Positions 1-10,892 of a DNA stretch of 64,000 nucleotides are shown piece after piece. This stretch comes from Balanoglossus misakiensis. Its lineage: Eukaryota; Animalia; Hemichordata. Each line of letters opens with the position of its first letter. The stretch's first letter is position 1. The notes below the pieces were generated by a model. It ran no database searches. It saw only the letters and a program-made list of their open reading frames with translations, and had not been told where the DNA came from. The stretch lies in contig CM082592.2 in NCBI GenBank assembly GCA_040954595.2, positions 8,605,677 through 8,669,676 of the forward strand, read 5' to 3'. A program made the position numbers and the translations under genes.

Positions 1-309
1 GGAAACATTCCGAGTGACGTCATTGTTGGTAGAGATATATAGGGATTGTGTATTTGTTCATCATTTGTTCATTTGGTTATTCACTTAATAGGTTTTCATA
101 GTTTGCATGTCTCAATAAATTTAATATTTTTTTATCTTTAATTTTAATTCTATACACGAAAACATTTCCTAACGCTGTGGGTGACGAATCGAATCACCTT
201 TGGTGTGTAGCTGTACATTTTCATCAATGAAACTAACAGCTGTCATTTTCTCTACTCTACAAATACATCTCGACCTCCCACACGACGCTTGACATTTTAT
301 AAAGACGAC

Positions 310-430
310 ATGAGATCTGCTGGTAGTAGTCAGAGCGGAGATCGCCCTCTATCAGCAGGGTCAACCAATGAAACGTTGCAAGCACTAGCTCGTACATCGG
401 GATCACTTGCATTACAACAGTCTTCCATAG
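310..430 (+). CDS. GOLGA3: Golgin-160 candidate first coding exon (MRSAGSSQ...QQSSI-G)
   Basis: ATG at 310 in the open frame of ORF 289-522. Donor ATAG|gtaacc at 430/431 is phase 1 and matches the phase-1 acceptor at 1496. The 5' boundary is uncertain (possible acceptor actaacag at 239), so more exons may lie upstream. Confidence 0.55.
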
Positions 431-1495
431 GTAACCCAGCAGACACTGTTCAGTCGATTTCTGTCACAGTCACACACACTGTCTTCTCACCCGCTCTGTC
501 CTACCATGCCACTAACAATTAAAAGCCACGGCAAGCAGTTTGTAGTGTTTTAGCATTGCATGCACTCATTTTCTGCTCATCGGCATCTGGGCATTTTAGG
601 AACATGTCATAGTCAGATGGTTCTGCTGGTTACCATGGGATTTATTCAAAGGTGTGCTAGGGTGACGTCTGTTTATAAATATGAAACAATCATGCATGTT
701 CATTGTTCATACCAGACACATCACAGTAAGTTTGGACGGTGATGCCAGACCCATGCCAGACTATACTACCTTTGAATGAAGTTCCAGTTTAGGTTCCCGC
801 TTGACACTTACTCTAACTCTAACCCTAATGCTAGTTGGTGAGTGGGAAATATCCCAGATGGTAAATGTCCAGGGGGAGTGTCCTGATATCAGGAATACAA
901 ATTTACCATGTCACCTTTTCATGTAACATTGGTACTAGTACAAAACTGTACAATATTCTCCTCACATTGTTCGGGCTCTTCCACGGTGCAACTAGTACAC
1001 ATCATTCGGGAATGGCTGTAGTCAATATATTGGAGAGGATCTCAGTTTGAAAAATGTGGTTTCTGAAGTAGAAACTCGGGGGACATTTCTTGTCCAAGCC
1101 TCATTGATACTGTAGATGTCATGCATGGCAGATACAAAATGTATGTCGCATGGTGGCTTAGTTGTAGGATAATGCATTGCTGCTACAGCTGTGTTCGCCT
1201 CAGGGAGCTCTGGTACAGTGTTGGTTAATTTGCATGTATGATGATGATACAATTAACTATGATAATTAGACCCAATTATTTTACCCAAATTATTAATGGT
1301 TATTAGTATTTGACCATTTCTTTGACATTCATGTTTGAAACTGGTGTCTGTCACTCTGTGTTCAGAATCAACATTTCCCACCTCATGTTTTGACTACATT
1401 CAACACGTCATGTTGTCACGTAGAAATAATCCAATCCTCACACAATCTTTATGTAGAAGAATGAACAAAATGTTTTTTTCATAACATGCTATCAG

Positions 1496-1686
1496 GCAAC
1501 CCTAACATCAAGCCAGCTACTGCAGAGCAGATTGCAACGGTGATTGCCAATGCAGAGAGAGAGTACAGAGAGAAGAAACAGCAACTCCAGCAGCAGCAAC
1601 AACAACAACTCCAGCAGCAGCAGCAGGCTGCGGTAGAAACTCAGATAGTGACTGATGCAAGTGATGGGACCAGCAATAATACTGAG
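1496..1686 (+). CDS. GOLGA3: Golgin-160 exon 2, contains a polyQ tract
   Basis: Acceptor atcag|GC and donor GAG|gtaact. Phase 0 joins in frame to the exon at 1871. Confidence 0.75.
1579..1626 (+). repeat. CAG/CAA coding repeat (QQLQQQQQQQLQQQQQ)
   Basis: Read directly in golgin exon 2. Confidence 0.9.
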
Positions 1687-1870
1687 GTAACTTTCGTAAA
1701 AATACATTGGTTGTAACTGGCTTTGAGATCATTTATAAAACTGAAGTAGACTTAAGTTTTTTCCCTCCGTTTCCCCCTCTGAAAATTGTGTACTTAATCT
1801 GAACTGTAAGTTTTAAATTAATGCTCCACATTTTTGTCTTCTAAAACATTGCAATGACTATATTTTACAG

Positions 1871-3871
1871 TTGGCGGGTAGTGTCCATGAGCCACCCACC
1901 AAATTACCTGCGCCTGAATCATTCAAACCTCTACAGACGCAACCTGATATCGGTAGTGGGGGAGATGAACTGTCACCTGACCTCGGGGCACGGACACCAT
2001 CAGCATCGGTAGATGAAACCAACCAACAGAATGATTCAACTGAGAAAGAAGCGTCACCCAGTGGTGGGACCACACCCAAATCTCCTCCTGCCACTGTGAA
2101 GACAACACCGTCAACATTGGTGGGTCAGAACACTGGGCTGGCAGTGATGTCGGCGGTCGGGTCAAAGTATCCCGCGGGTGAGGAAAGAGTTGGGGCGTTG
2201 TACCGCAGTCCTGTCGAGTCCATCATAGCAACCAAGAGTGTTAAAGACACCATCGTCAGCGGAGGCAAGGATCCCGCTGAAAGGTCTTCCAAGAAATTGA
2301 AAAAGACGGGTTCCCACAAGAAAAACAAGAAATCCACCGAGATCCCCAACCTCAGCCTGTCTTTGGAGACCGTCTCCAATGCCAGCGAAGCGGGAAGCCA
2401 GGCGGGATCAGCAGCGCCCTCTAGAGAGAGCAGCATCGCGGGTAGCGCGCCCCACTCGCCCAAGTCGGATGGAAAACCAAGGTCAGGGTCATTCTTCAGT
2501 TCAATATTCTCGTGGCGAGGGAACAGGGAAGATGGGCAGTATGCAGCTGATCTTCCACAACACGAGGCAGACAGATTTTCTGCCGGAGACGGTGAGAGTG
2601 GCGAGAGGCGGCCGGAAGTTGGGGCAGCAGTGCCGAGCAGTGACCCGGCGGCACAGAATGAAACCCGGAGCGACTCTGGAATCGATCTAAACCAAGCTCA
2701 CACACCAGATCACTCGGATACTAGCTCTCGTCATGGAGACGGTGGTATGTCCACTCCCCACCACCCGAGGTCTACCCCACGACAGGGTCCGGGACCTGGG
2801 TACGTCGCGCCCGGACGTCTCTTTCACAGCAGCCAAAACACGAAACTGGGCAAAAGCGGCCTGTCGTATCACGGGAGTGGTGGATTCGATTATCAAGATA
2901 CGTACTCGTTGATGCGAGAGAAGGCCCTGCTGGAGGGACAGCTGGAGACGCTGACATCCGAAGCAGGGGTGGCCATCAAGGAGAGGGCTGAGCTGCAGAG
3001 CCAGGTTGCCGCGCTGAAGGTACAGCTGAGGAACCAACACTCCACAGCCGAGAGCGCTGTCCAGGAGAGGTCTGCTTTGGCCGTCGACCTGGACACGCTG
3101 AAACAGAACAGAGCCGAGCTGCAGCAGAAGATCATCGAATTGCAGAGCAACCTGGAGAACAAGGACAGTAGCATCAGGAAACTGACGGCGGAGATCAAGT
3201 CGGCCCAGGAATCCAACGAGAAGCTCTTCCAGAAGCTGGAACAGCTGCGGATCAACATCACGACCAAGGAGACCTCCATCTCCATGCTGAAGGAGAAGAT
3301 TGCAACCACACAGCACGAGCTGGCGGCCGCCCAGCAGGAGGCGTCTCAGTCGTCCGGCGAGATCGCCTCCCTGGAGACCGACATGCAGGCGCTGCTGAGC
3401 ACCAAGGAATGGTTCCAGGACCAGCTGCGGCAGGCGCAGGAGGCCAAGGGGAAGCTGCAGCAGGACCTGGCCAAGGCCCGCACCAACGCCGTCATGCAGG
3501 GCACCATGATTGAGAACCTGAAGACGGAGAACGCCCGAATCCGGCAGCAGCTGACGGAGACGCAGCAGAAAGCGCTGCTCGAGAAAGAAATGCTGGCCAA
3601 GCACCTTGAGGCCATCGAGAACGACATGCGCAACCGGGAAGCGGCCTTCGAACAGATGCACCGGGAGAGACAGGCGGCCGAGGAGGCCGTCAACCTCAAG
3701 ATGATGAAGGTGGAGGAGGACAAGAGCCAGCTGACGAACCTGATCACCTCGTCCGTGCAGCTGGAACAGCAGCTGGAGAAAACCAACCGGGAGCTGTATG
3801 TGAAGGAGGCAGCGCTGGCGGTGCTGGAAGAAGAAAAGAAGGAATTGGTGAAAAGACTGACGCTAGCACAG
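1871..3871 (+). CDS. GOLGA3: Golgin-160 exon 3 (2001 bp): Ser/Pro-rich head and start of coiled coil
   Basis: Boundaries ttttacag|TTG and CAG|gtgaga. EKALLEGQLETL..KERAELQSQVAAL, WFQDQLRQAQEA, QQLTETQQK and EAIENDMRNREAAF match recalled human GOLGA3 (EKMRLEGQLEAL, WYQQQLALAQEA, QQLTETQHR, GIEADMLDQEAAF). Confidence 0.93.
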
Positions 3872-3997
3872 GTGAGATTTTCAGAACCCCATTGCCTAGA
3901 CCACAAATACTGTACAGTGATGACTGAAATGAATTAGTTGTTGCCCAGTTAAAATCAGTTACTGCCGCACCTGATTAACATGTCACACATCTTTCAG

Positions 3998-5180
3998 GAA
4001 TCCATAACGTCAAGGGACCATCAGATAGAGTCTTTGGAGACCAAGTGTGTGGACCTCGAGGTGAAACTGAAGGAAATGCGAATAGAGACGACCAGCCAAG
4101 ACGAGCTGATGCAGCAGCTGAAGGAGGAGAAGATAGCCTTAGAGAGTGCACTGGCGATCGCCAACAAAGAGAAGAGGTCCTTCGACAATGCCTGCCAGAA
4201 CTTACAGACGGACATGACCAAAGTGGAGAAGAGCTTCAAGCAGATGAAGCAGGAACTGCAGAGCAAGGTGACACAGCTGGAAGAGGTGGAGAGAGAGAAG
4301 CAGGAGGTCAAGGTCAAGCTGGAAGACGCCAAGAGGCAGCTGGCCGAGGAGAAGAAGACCGCTCACAGCTACAGCGTGGACGCGGAAGGGAAGAGCAAAC
4401 TGGTGGAGGAGCTGAAGAACAGCCGGGGGTCGCTGGAAGGGGAGGTGTCGGCCATGGCCAAGAGGATCCAGCACCTGGAGAACAACTACCAGGCCGTGCA
4501 GCTGGAGAAGGAGAGCCTGGAAAAGGAGGTGGCGGGCACCCAGGAGAGCATTTCCGATTTGAAGTCGGACTTGCAGACGGCGCTGGAAGGGAAGGCGCAC
4601 CTGGAGGGACAGATCGAAATGATGAGCGCCGAGCGGGAGACGTATTCTGTAATGATAGAAGAGAACAACTGGCTGAAGCAGACGCTGGCAGAGCAGCAGA
4701 GCTCGTCTCACAGGGAGATAGCCGAGCAGAAGGCCAGGCTGCTGCGGCTCAACTCCGACCTCAACAGCGCGCAGAAGGAGCTGAGGGAGAAACAGCGATC
4801 GTACGACTCCACCGTGGGCACCCTGACGAGGAAACTGAAGGAGGCCACGGAGAACCGGCAGCGGGCGGAGCTGGAGCTGCAGAGCGTGCACAGCCAGGTG
4901 CAGAGCGTCAAGGCCGACCAGCAGGAGATGCTGGAGGCCGAGGTGCAGTCGCTGAAGGTGGAGCTGGAGACGGCGCACATCCGCAAGCAGACCCTGGAGA
5001 CGGAGCTGCACGAGCTGCAAGTGAGGATGGTGGACGACACCAACGAGTACAGCAGCCGAATCGCCCGACTGGAGAGAGACCTGCAGACGGCCAGGGAACA
5101 CAACGAGCACCAGAAGCGAGCCGAGGACTTCAACAGGAAAATGGCCCTGGAATTGGAGAGGGAACGTGGAAGGCTTGCCG
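3998..5180 (+). CDS. GOLGA3: Golgin-160 exon 4 (1183 bp), coiled coil
   Basis: Boundaries ctttcag|GAA and GCC G|gtgaga. Heptad-rich, ending MALELERERGRLAG, similar to GOLGA3 LALELEHEKGKLTG. Confidence 0.93.
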
Positions 5181-5413
5181 GTGAGACAGGATTTTGATAT
5201 TTACTGATTAGTTTTCTGAAGGAGTCTGTTTCACATACACCACACACACAAAAATATACTACTGTTTATCAGAAAAGTTATAACATGCATACATATCCAT
5301 TTTTACCAGGTGACTTTGAAAAAGAAATTGAATTTTCTGGTATTAGGACAGTGACGCCTGAACAGTTAATATACAAGAAATAATGGTTCAAAATTGTTGT
5401 GCATGATTAACAG

Positions 5414-5628
5414 GTGTCAAGCAAAGCCATGATGCTCTGAAACATCACACATCAGTCCTGGAAACGGCGCTGGCCAGAAGGGAGTCCTCCCTGACTGAAG
5501 TCGCCAGCCAGCTGGAAACCCTGAAGCAGGAAAAGGAAGATGAAGAGAGGAAAATGTACGAGAAACTGGATGAGTTGGAACGACAGATGGAACAGGAGAG
5601 ATCGGCAGCGCTGGAGTACAAACGCAGG
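5414..5628 (+). CDS. GOLGA3: Golgin-160 exon 5
   Basis: Boundaries taacag|GT and AGG|gtagga. ALKHHTSVLETALARRES resembles human ALREHNSILETALAKREA. Phases 1 and 0 are consistent. Confidence 0.9.
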
Positions 5629-5801
5629 GTAGGAGATCCTTAGATGAATCGGGTTGAGGTGACTTGCAGGCTGTAGTGTAACATTTCAGGGTTTATGTGT
5701 ATCCATGGAAAACCTTGGAAAGGTCTGAACACACTTGAGAGGGTTTTATTTTACCAGTGTGTGAGTGGGCAGTAAAACTTGACTTTGTTTATCTTGTTTA
5801 G

Positions 5802-5945
5802 ATGAATGCAGAGACGGAGGAGAAGAACAAGTTACAGAGACAGGCCCAGGTTATGGCGACAGACTTGGAACAACTACAGCATGATCTGGATTCCAAATCA
5901 AAGCAACTGCAAAATACCAAGGATGATATCACAAAAGCCAGAGAG
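5802..5945 (+). CDS. GOLGA3: Golgin-160 exon 6
   Basis: Boundaries ttgtttag|ATG and GAG|gtgaga; 144 bp; coiled coil. Confidence 0.85.
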
Positions 5946-6064
5946 GTGAGAAAGAAATCTGTCTGTCTGTCTGTCTGTCTATCTAAACTATCTTACTGTG
6001 TATGTCTGTTCGTTTGTCCGATGGAGCAGTTTTCTTCATTGCCATCTTGTTTGCTCTGTTACAG

Positions 6065-6199
6065 GGTGAGAGACAACAGAGAGCTGAGAAAGAACAGTTA
6101 CAGCTTCACCTCAAAGGAAGTCGCTTACAGGTCGACAGATTGAAAAGACAACTGGAAGAGAAGGAAGCACAAGACCCAGTTTTAAATAACCAGATGCAG
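6065..6199 (+). CDS. GOLGA3: Golgin-160 exon 7
   Basis: Boundaries gttacag|GGT and CAG|gtaact; 135 bp; ends QDPVLNNQMQ. Confidence 0.85.
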
Positions 6200-6463
6200 G
6201 TAACTGTCTTTCTGAATCCAAATTGTCAAATAAATATTCAAAATGTTGTTCTACCTAATTTTCCAAATAAGATGAGATCACCACTGGCCATGGTGAGCGT
6301 GGAAACAAAAAGGAAAGCACTGTATACATCCAGCTGTGAGGGCGCTGTAATTTGTGTTTGGTTACATATGAAACTAAAAAATCTACAATTAAAACAATGA
6401 CAATACTTTTTTACTGATGGTACATCCGTTAACAGCTGATTTGCGCTTCTTGTGTGTTTCCAG

Positions 6464-6580
6464 ACACTGACCTGGGAGAATGAACAATTCCAACATGAGG
6501 TTGAAGCTCTGCGTGAACAGCTATCGCTGGCTGAGAAACGGCAACAGATCGAAATTGACAGCATTCGTAGCGCTTTACAG
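6464..6580 (+). CDS. GOLGA3: Golgin-160 exon 8
   Basis: Boundaries tttccag|ACA and CAG|gtaagt. TLTWENEQFQHEVEALREQL resembles human NLKWEVDQKEREIQSLKQQL. Confidence 0.9.
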
Positions 6581-7530
6581 GTAAGTTCCGTTTGCCGGCA
6601 AATTTCGTCAGCCAAAAGTGTATGTTGTTGATGTGTGTCCTTATAGCAAGGAAAGTTGACCAGTCCAGATGCGAGACAGGGAGTGATATCTCAGGGGTGC
6701 CATAGACCCCCTAAGCTGGTGCAGTTGTGTATATTTGAAAGAAGGGGTGAATGATCACTGCAAGGTAAAATGGTGGAATGCTGCTGCATCAGTGTGTCAA
6801 GGTGTGAAATCAGTGCGCATAAGAGTGTGAAGTCGGGCATTTAATTGGAAAAGCCAGACATGACGTCGTGATGAATCTCAGTGTCTTAGTCATGTGGGAT
6901 ATCGCAATCAATCACACAGCTCAGTGTGACGTCGTCCTAGATTTCTCAGAAACCTGCATGTCTTTTTTGCATGATAATAAAAGACAATGTCCTTTAGTTT
7001 TGTATTTGAAGATGTTGTTTCTCCGAATTGTCAGAGTAGTGTCAGTAATCCTTTGTGTAGACTTGCAGATATTAAATAGAGGGAGTATGCTAGTTTATTA
7101 AACTGCTCCATGGTTGTATCACTGTAGGGTGGTTCCAGTCAATACTCTTTTATCTGAAATCTCTGAAATTCAGAGAAGTGTGAAGTGTGTTTAATGTCTG
7201 AGTGTGCTCAAGGGTCTGCGATTCCAGTTAATCTCATTATGTGAAATCTGTGAACTGTTGCAAGTGGTGTTCCTGTCAGACTATGTCTGTGTTTGGTTTG
7301 AAGTGTTTTCCCAGGAAAGATCTGATTTGAAAATTTCCGAGAAGTGCCTTTGTTACAAAAGACGGCAAAATCTAGAGTTATAAAAATAGCAGTTTGGTGA
7401 TTTCCTTTTTTAGTATGACTATGATATTGATTTTTCTTCTGGCTGATTCTTTGTAGTCTCTGCAAATGTGTTGCGTGTCTGTTGTGGAAAACCTTCTAAA
7501 ATACACTGCCATGTTTTTTCTGTCTTCCAG

Positions 7531-7656
7531 ACTTCCAAAACAGAACTGGAATCGCTGCGCCATGAATTGTCCAGCACTCGCAAAGAGAAGTTCATGTACC
7601 AGGCCAAGATGACCGAGCTCAAAGGAATCCTGAAAGCTACCGTGCAACAGAATAAG
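7531..7656 (+). CDS. GOLGA3: Golgin-160 exon 9
   Basis: Boundaries cttccag|ACT and AAG|gttaat. TRKEKFMYQAKMTELK resembles human TQKDKFMLQAKVSELK. Confidence 0.92.
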
Positions 7657-7809
7657 GTTAATACCCTGTTCATTTCTTCGAAACACTGCTCGATTATAAG
7701 ACTCATATAGGATATACGATCAAATTTGTACACATTGATCCATTTGATTAAAACTGCCCTTGGTAAGAATCATTCAATTCTAACACTGGTGTTGCATTCT
7801 TGTACACAG

Positions 7810-8024
7810 ATGTTGAAATCCCAGCTACAGACCCAGTCCAGCGTGGACCTGGTCAGCACCGGCACCCAGAGCCTGGCCACACACACCAGCAACCAAGAGG
7901 TGCAACATGACGGAGAGGAGACGTCTGCAGCCGACGCCCCCGTGCCAGAGTTGACGCAGACGGCCGAGACGGCACTGCAAGCGATAAATACCGACCAGTT
8001 GATCTCCAACAAAGATGACAGCAA
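7810..8024 (+). CDS. GOLGA3: Golgin-160 exon 10
   Basis: Boundaries acacag|ATG and AA|gtaagt (phase 2); open in frame throughout. Confidence 0.82.
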
Positions 8025-8593
8025 GTAAGTCTGGCCTATCTTCTGTTTTACTGATGTCTTCCTACTGCAGAGTAGGCTCAGGATTAATGCTGACCCTAGA
8101 ATGAAATGAGTATCCAAAAGAACAATTAAAATTACAGCCTTAGCCATCCGTACACATACATGTACATACATACATATAAAGTGAGCAATTGAAATTTGGT
8201 GTCATAAATTTAAAAAAAACGAGAAACAATGAGCGTTTGAAAGTGAATGTGTCATACATGTAAAACAGGAGAAGCTTATCACCTGTGTTTGTCTGGGTTA
8301 TAGCTTATACATGCATCTAATGAAATATTCATTATCGCATGATCCATTACAGGAGGTATTTAAATCTCTAGGGAATAACCTGTTTTATTGAGATCAGCAA
8401 TATATCTTCAGTTTTTTTTTCTGAAACTAATGTCTGATGTTCTGTTGTAATGACCTTTGCAACATGTACAAAAATATATGATGTGGAATTTCAGTATTTT
8501 GTCACATTTTACACACTGTTCTGTTGTTTATAGATAATTGAAAGTGGAATGAAAATGTTGTCTGATATTGATACTAATGGATTTTTTTCTCAG

Positions 8594-8707
8594 GCCACTG
8601 CTAGCATTGAAGAGTTGCCTAAGTTCGTTGAAGGAACAGATGTCATTGCTGCAGAATCAAATGGACGAACACACAAGCGTGGTACAAAACTCGTCGCAGT
8701 CGTGGAG
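8594..8707 (+). CDS. GOLGA3: Golgin-160 exon 11
   Basis: Boundaries ttttctcag|G and AG|gtcagt. PLLALKSCLSSLKEQMSLLQNQMDEH..SW resembles human PLKNLNSCLQQLKQEMDSLQRQMEEH..SW. Confidence 0.9.
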
Positions 8708-10585
8708 GTCAGTCTACTATTTTTGATAAATTGCGAGTCGCATCGATTTCGTCTGTAACCATTCTTTCCGTCCACCTCCCCCAAGTTGTCTTTAAATATT
8801 TCACGCGCCAGTACTACTTCCCCAGGCCCCACCTGCACGATACATTTGCCAGAGTCTTGGTTGATTCATGAGATCTGCTGTGATTGCCGCAGTGGTTCTG
8901 ATGCAAGAAGTGTTTTACGTGTAAGGTCATTCACTTGAAGAAGTAGGGCGCTCTCATTTGTTCTGAGTTTTCTGTGATTTATTGGACGTTGATGTGCCCT
9001 TTAAGAACACCATACTTGTAGGGATACTGCCATAGTTGTTTGAACGCAGAGTTTAACTGTACTCTGCAAAGCAACGTGACTTGCCTGTGACTGACATTAA
9101 ATTTCCCTTATGACGCAAGAACATTTTTTATTACACATATAAAGATATAGTACTGGTGCAATGATATCACTAAAATTCCTCAAATCGAGTTATTTCCAGT
9201 CCCAAACCGTCTCCTCTTCACATCCACAGTTTGATTTCTCAAATAAATAAAAAACAACATGACTTCGGTTATGTCATTACTCCCTGTTTCAGCAAAAGAT
9301 TATGTCAACATAGAAACTAATTATTGAATGATTGATGAGGTATTTACGTGTACACCTCATCACATTTGAGTACTACCTGTGAATTGACCAAATACAATTG
9401 AAAGATACTGTATCATTCTGAGCTTTCATCTGATGTTATTTTTAGACATTTTTAATGATCATTAACATTTGGGGGATATGAAATATGACTTGTTTTGATA
9501 CTGCGTCAAATTAGCAAATTAGGTCAAAGTAAGTAAATTTTTTGTTGTATGTCCACTGAAAATTCTGAAAGGTAGGCAGAAAACCTACACGTATGTGGAC
9601 GCAAAACTAAGAATTTACATTCTCTGGCCGTAATGACTACAGAGACTGGTATAATTGTAAAATATTTATATAGTAATCTGAAACAAAAGATGTGGCAATA
9701 ACATTATCTGTTTTGAAAAGATGAATACGAAAAGTCCAATCCAATTTGTGAATATTGTTGAACTGAGAAATTTTTGTATCCATCTCAGGGGCCATGAAAC
9801 CAGTTGAATACGTTTCCCAATTTCGGCAAAATCTGAAAAAAATAATTTGGTAAGTTGTGCTCTGTTTACGCCCGACCTGAGATGAGAAGCGTTCTGCATG
9901 GCTGGGATGGCATCAAGGCAGCATCTGAGATATTGGTTCACATTTGTTTGCTGCATGTGCCATTGGGGGGGGGGGGGGGGCTGCTAAGAGTGAATGTCAT
10001 TTGGTTAAACTTGGTAGTTGGTGGGTGGAAGTCACGAAAATGGCCATAGAGCTTGGTGTGGGTCAAAGGTTGTATACAGGTTGTGGTAGATTCCATTATC
10101 GCATGGGGGTGTTTGGGGAAGTGTATTTGCTGCAGCTTCAGAATGTGAACATTTCAGATGTTTCCTGATGTTTCCTACATACCCCTCTGATAGTTCAGTG
10201 AACCTCGATCCTTGTCTGTGAAAGGAACTGGCTCCAATAGACGCGTGTTGTTCAAATCTCTCAAGAAATGTCTACATCTACTATTATCAATATGATGTAA
10301 AACATTTGTGGAAACGAAGAAATGTTTCATGTGTCTTTCATTTGAAATTTGGGATGTTAATTTTCCACTCTAAGAATTATAAAACATTTACCATCCAAAC
10401 AAGGCACTTTTATTCTGCGTATAATGTTTGGACTTTTTAGGCTAGTTTTAAGTCTTTAGATTATTTTCAATTGGTGTGAGTTTATTTATGAACTTTCTAT
10501 CACTTGTTGGTGCATCAACAGCTGTAGATAGATACAACCACAACTTGTGACCCCATTGTTTCTTTTTCTTTTTTTGGCTAAACAG

Positions 10586-10739
10586 GCAAGTTGATAGTCA
10601 AGTACAAGCTCTACACCGTACATGTGCCAACAGCCCCTTCAGTTCAATGTACAGTTCACCAGCCAGCAGTGCGCCATCAAGCCCAAGTGTCAAGTCGCTG
10701 GTGTCCACACCTAACCTACCCGATGTTCAAGATCTGTGA
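10586..10739 (+). CDS. GOLGA3: Golgin-160 last coding exon (..PNLPDVQDL*)
   Basis: Strong polypyrimidine tract then aacag|G, phase 2 as required. Open for 50 codons to TGA at 10737-10739. Confidence 0.75.
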
Positions 10740-10776
10740 AGAGTCTTCCACTTAACATGCAGATCGCCAAAAACAA

Positions 10777-10892
10777 CCTAGTGCCAATATGAATAGGTGC
10801 ACCATCCCCTGTTTTCAGTGTTAGACAGAGACCACCACATGCCTGGTGCCAACTTCGATAGGTGCTTCACCCCCTGGTTTTCAGTGCTAGAC
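10777..10892. repeat. Diverged ~50-bp direct repeat (period ~65) in the golgin 3' UTR
   Basis: cctagtgccaatatgaataggtgcaccatcccctgttttcagtgttagac versus cctggtgccaacttcgataggtgcttcaccccctggttttcagtgctagac. Confidence 0.8.

Noticed and set aside
811-829. ctctaactctaaccctaat, telomere-like
   Set aside because: Only about three degenerate units inside an intron; more likely part of a small repeat than interstitial telomere.
2687-3661. 324-aa minus-strand ORF (also 2893-3309 and 3346-3906)
   Set aside because: Antisense shadow of GC3-rich coiled-coil codons; L/Q-rich with no domain signature.
4045-5184. 379-aa alternative-frame + ORF and 302-aa minus-strand ORF 4202-5110
   Set aside because: Stop-free only because of CTG/GAG/CAG codon bias in golgin exon 4; the G/A/R-rich translation is a typical off-frame artefact.
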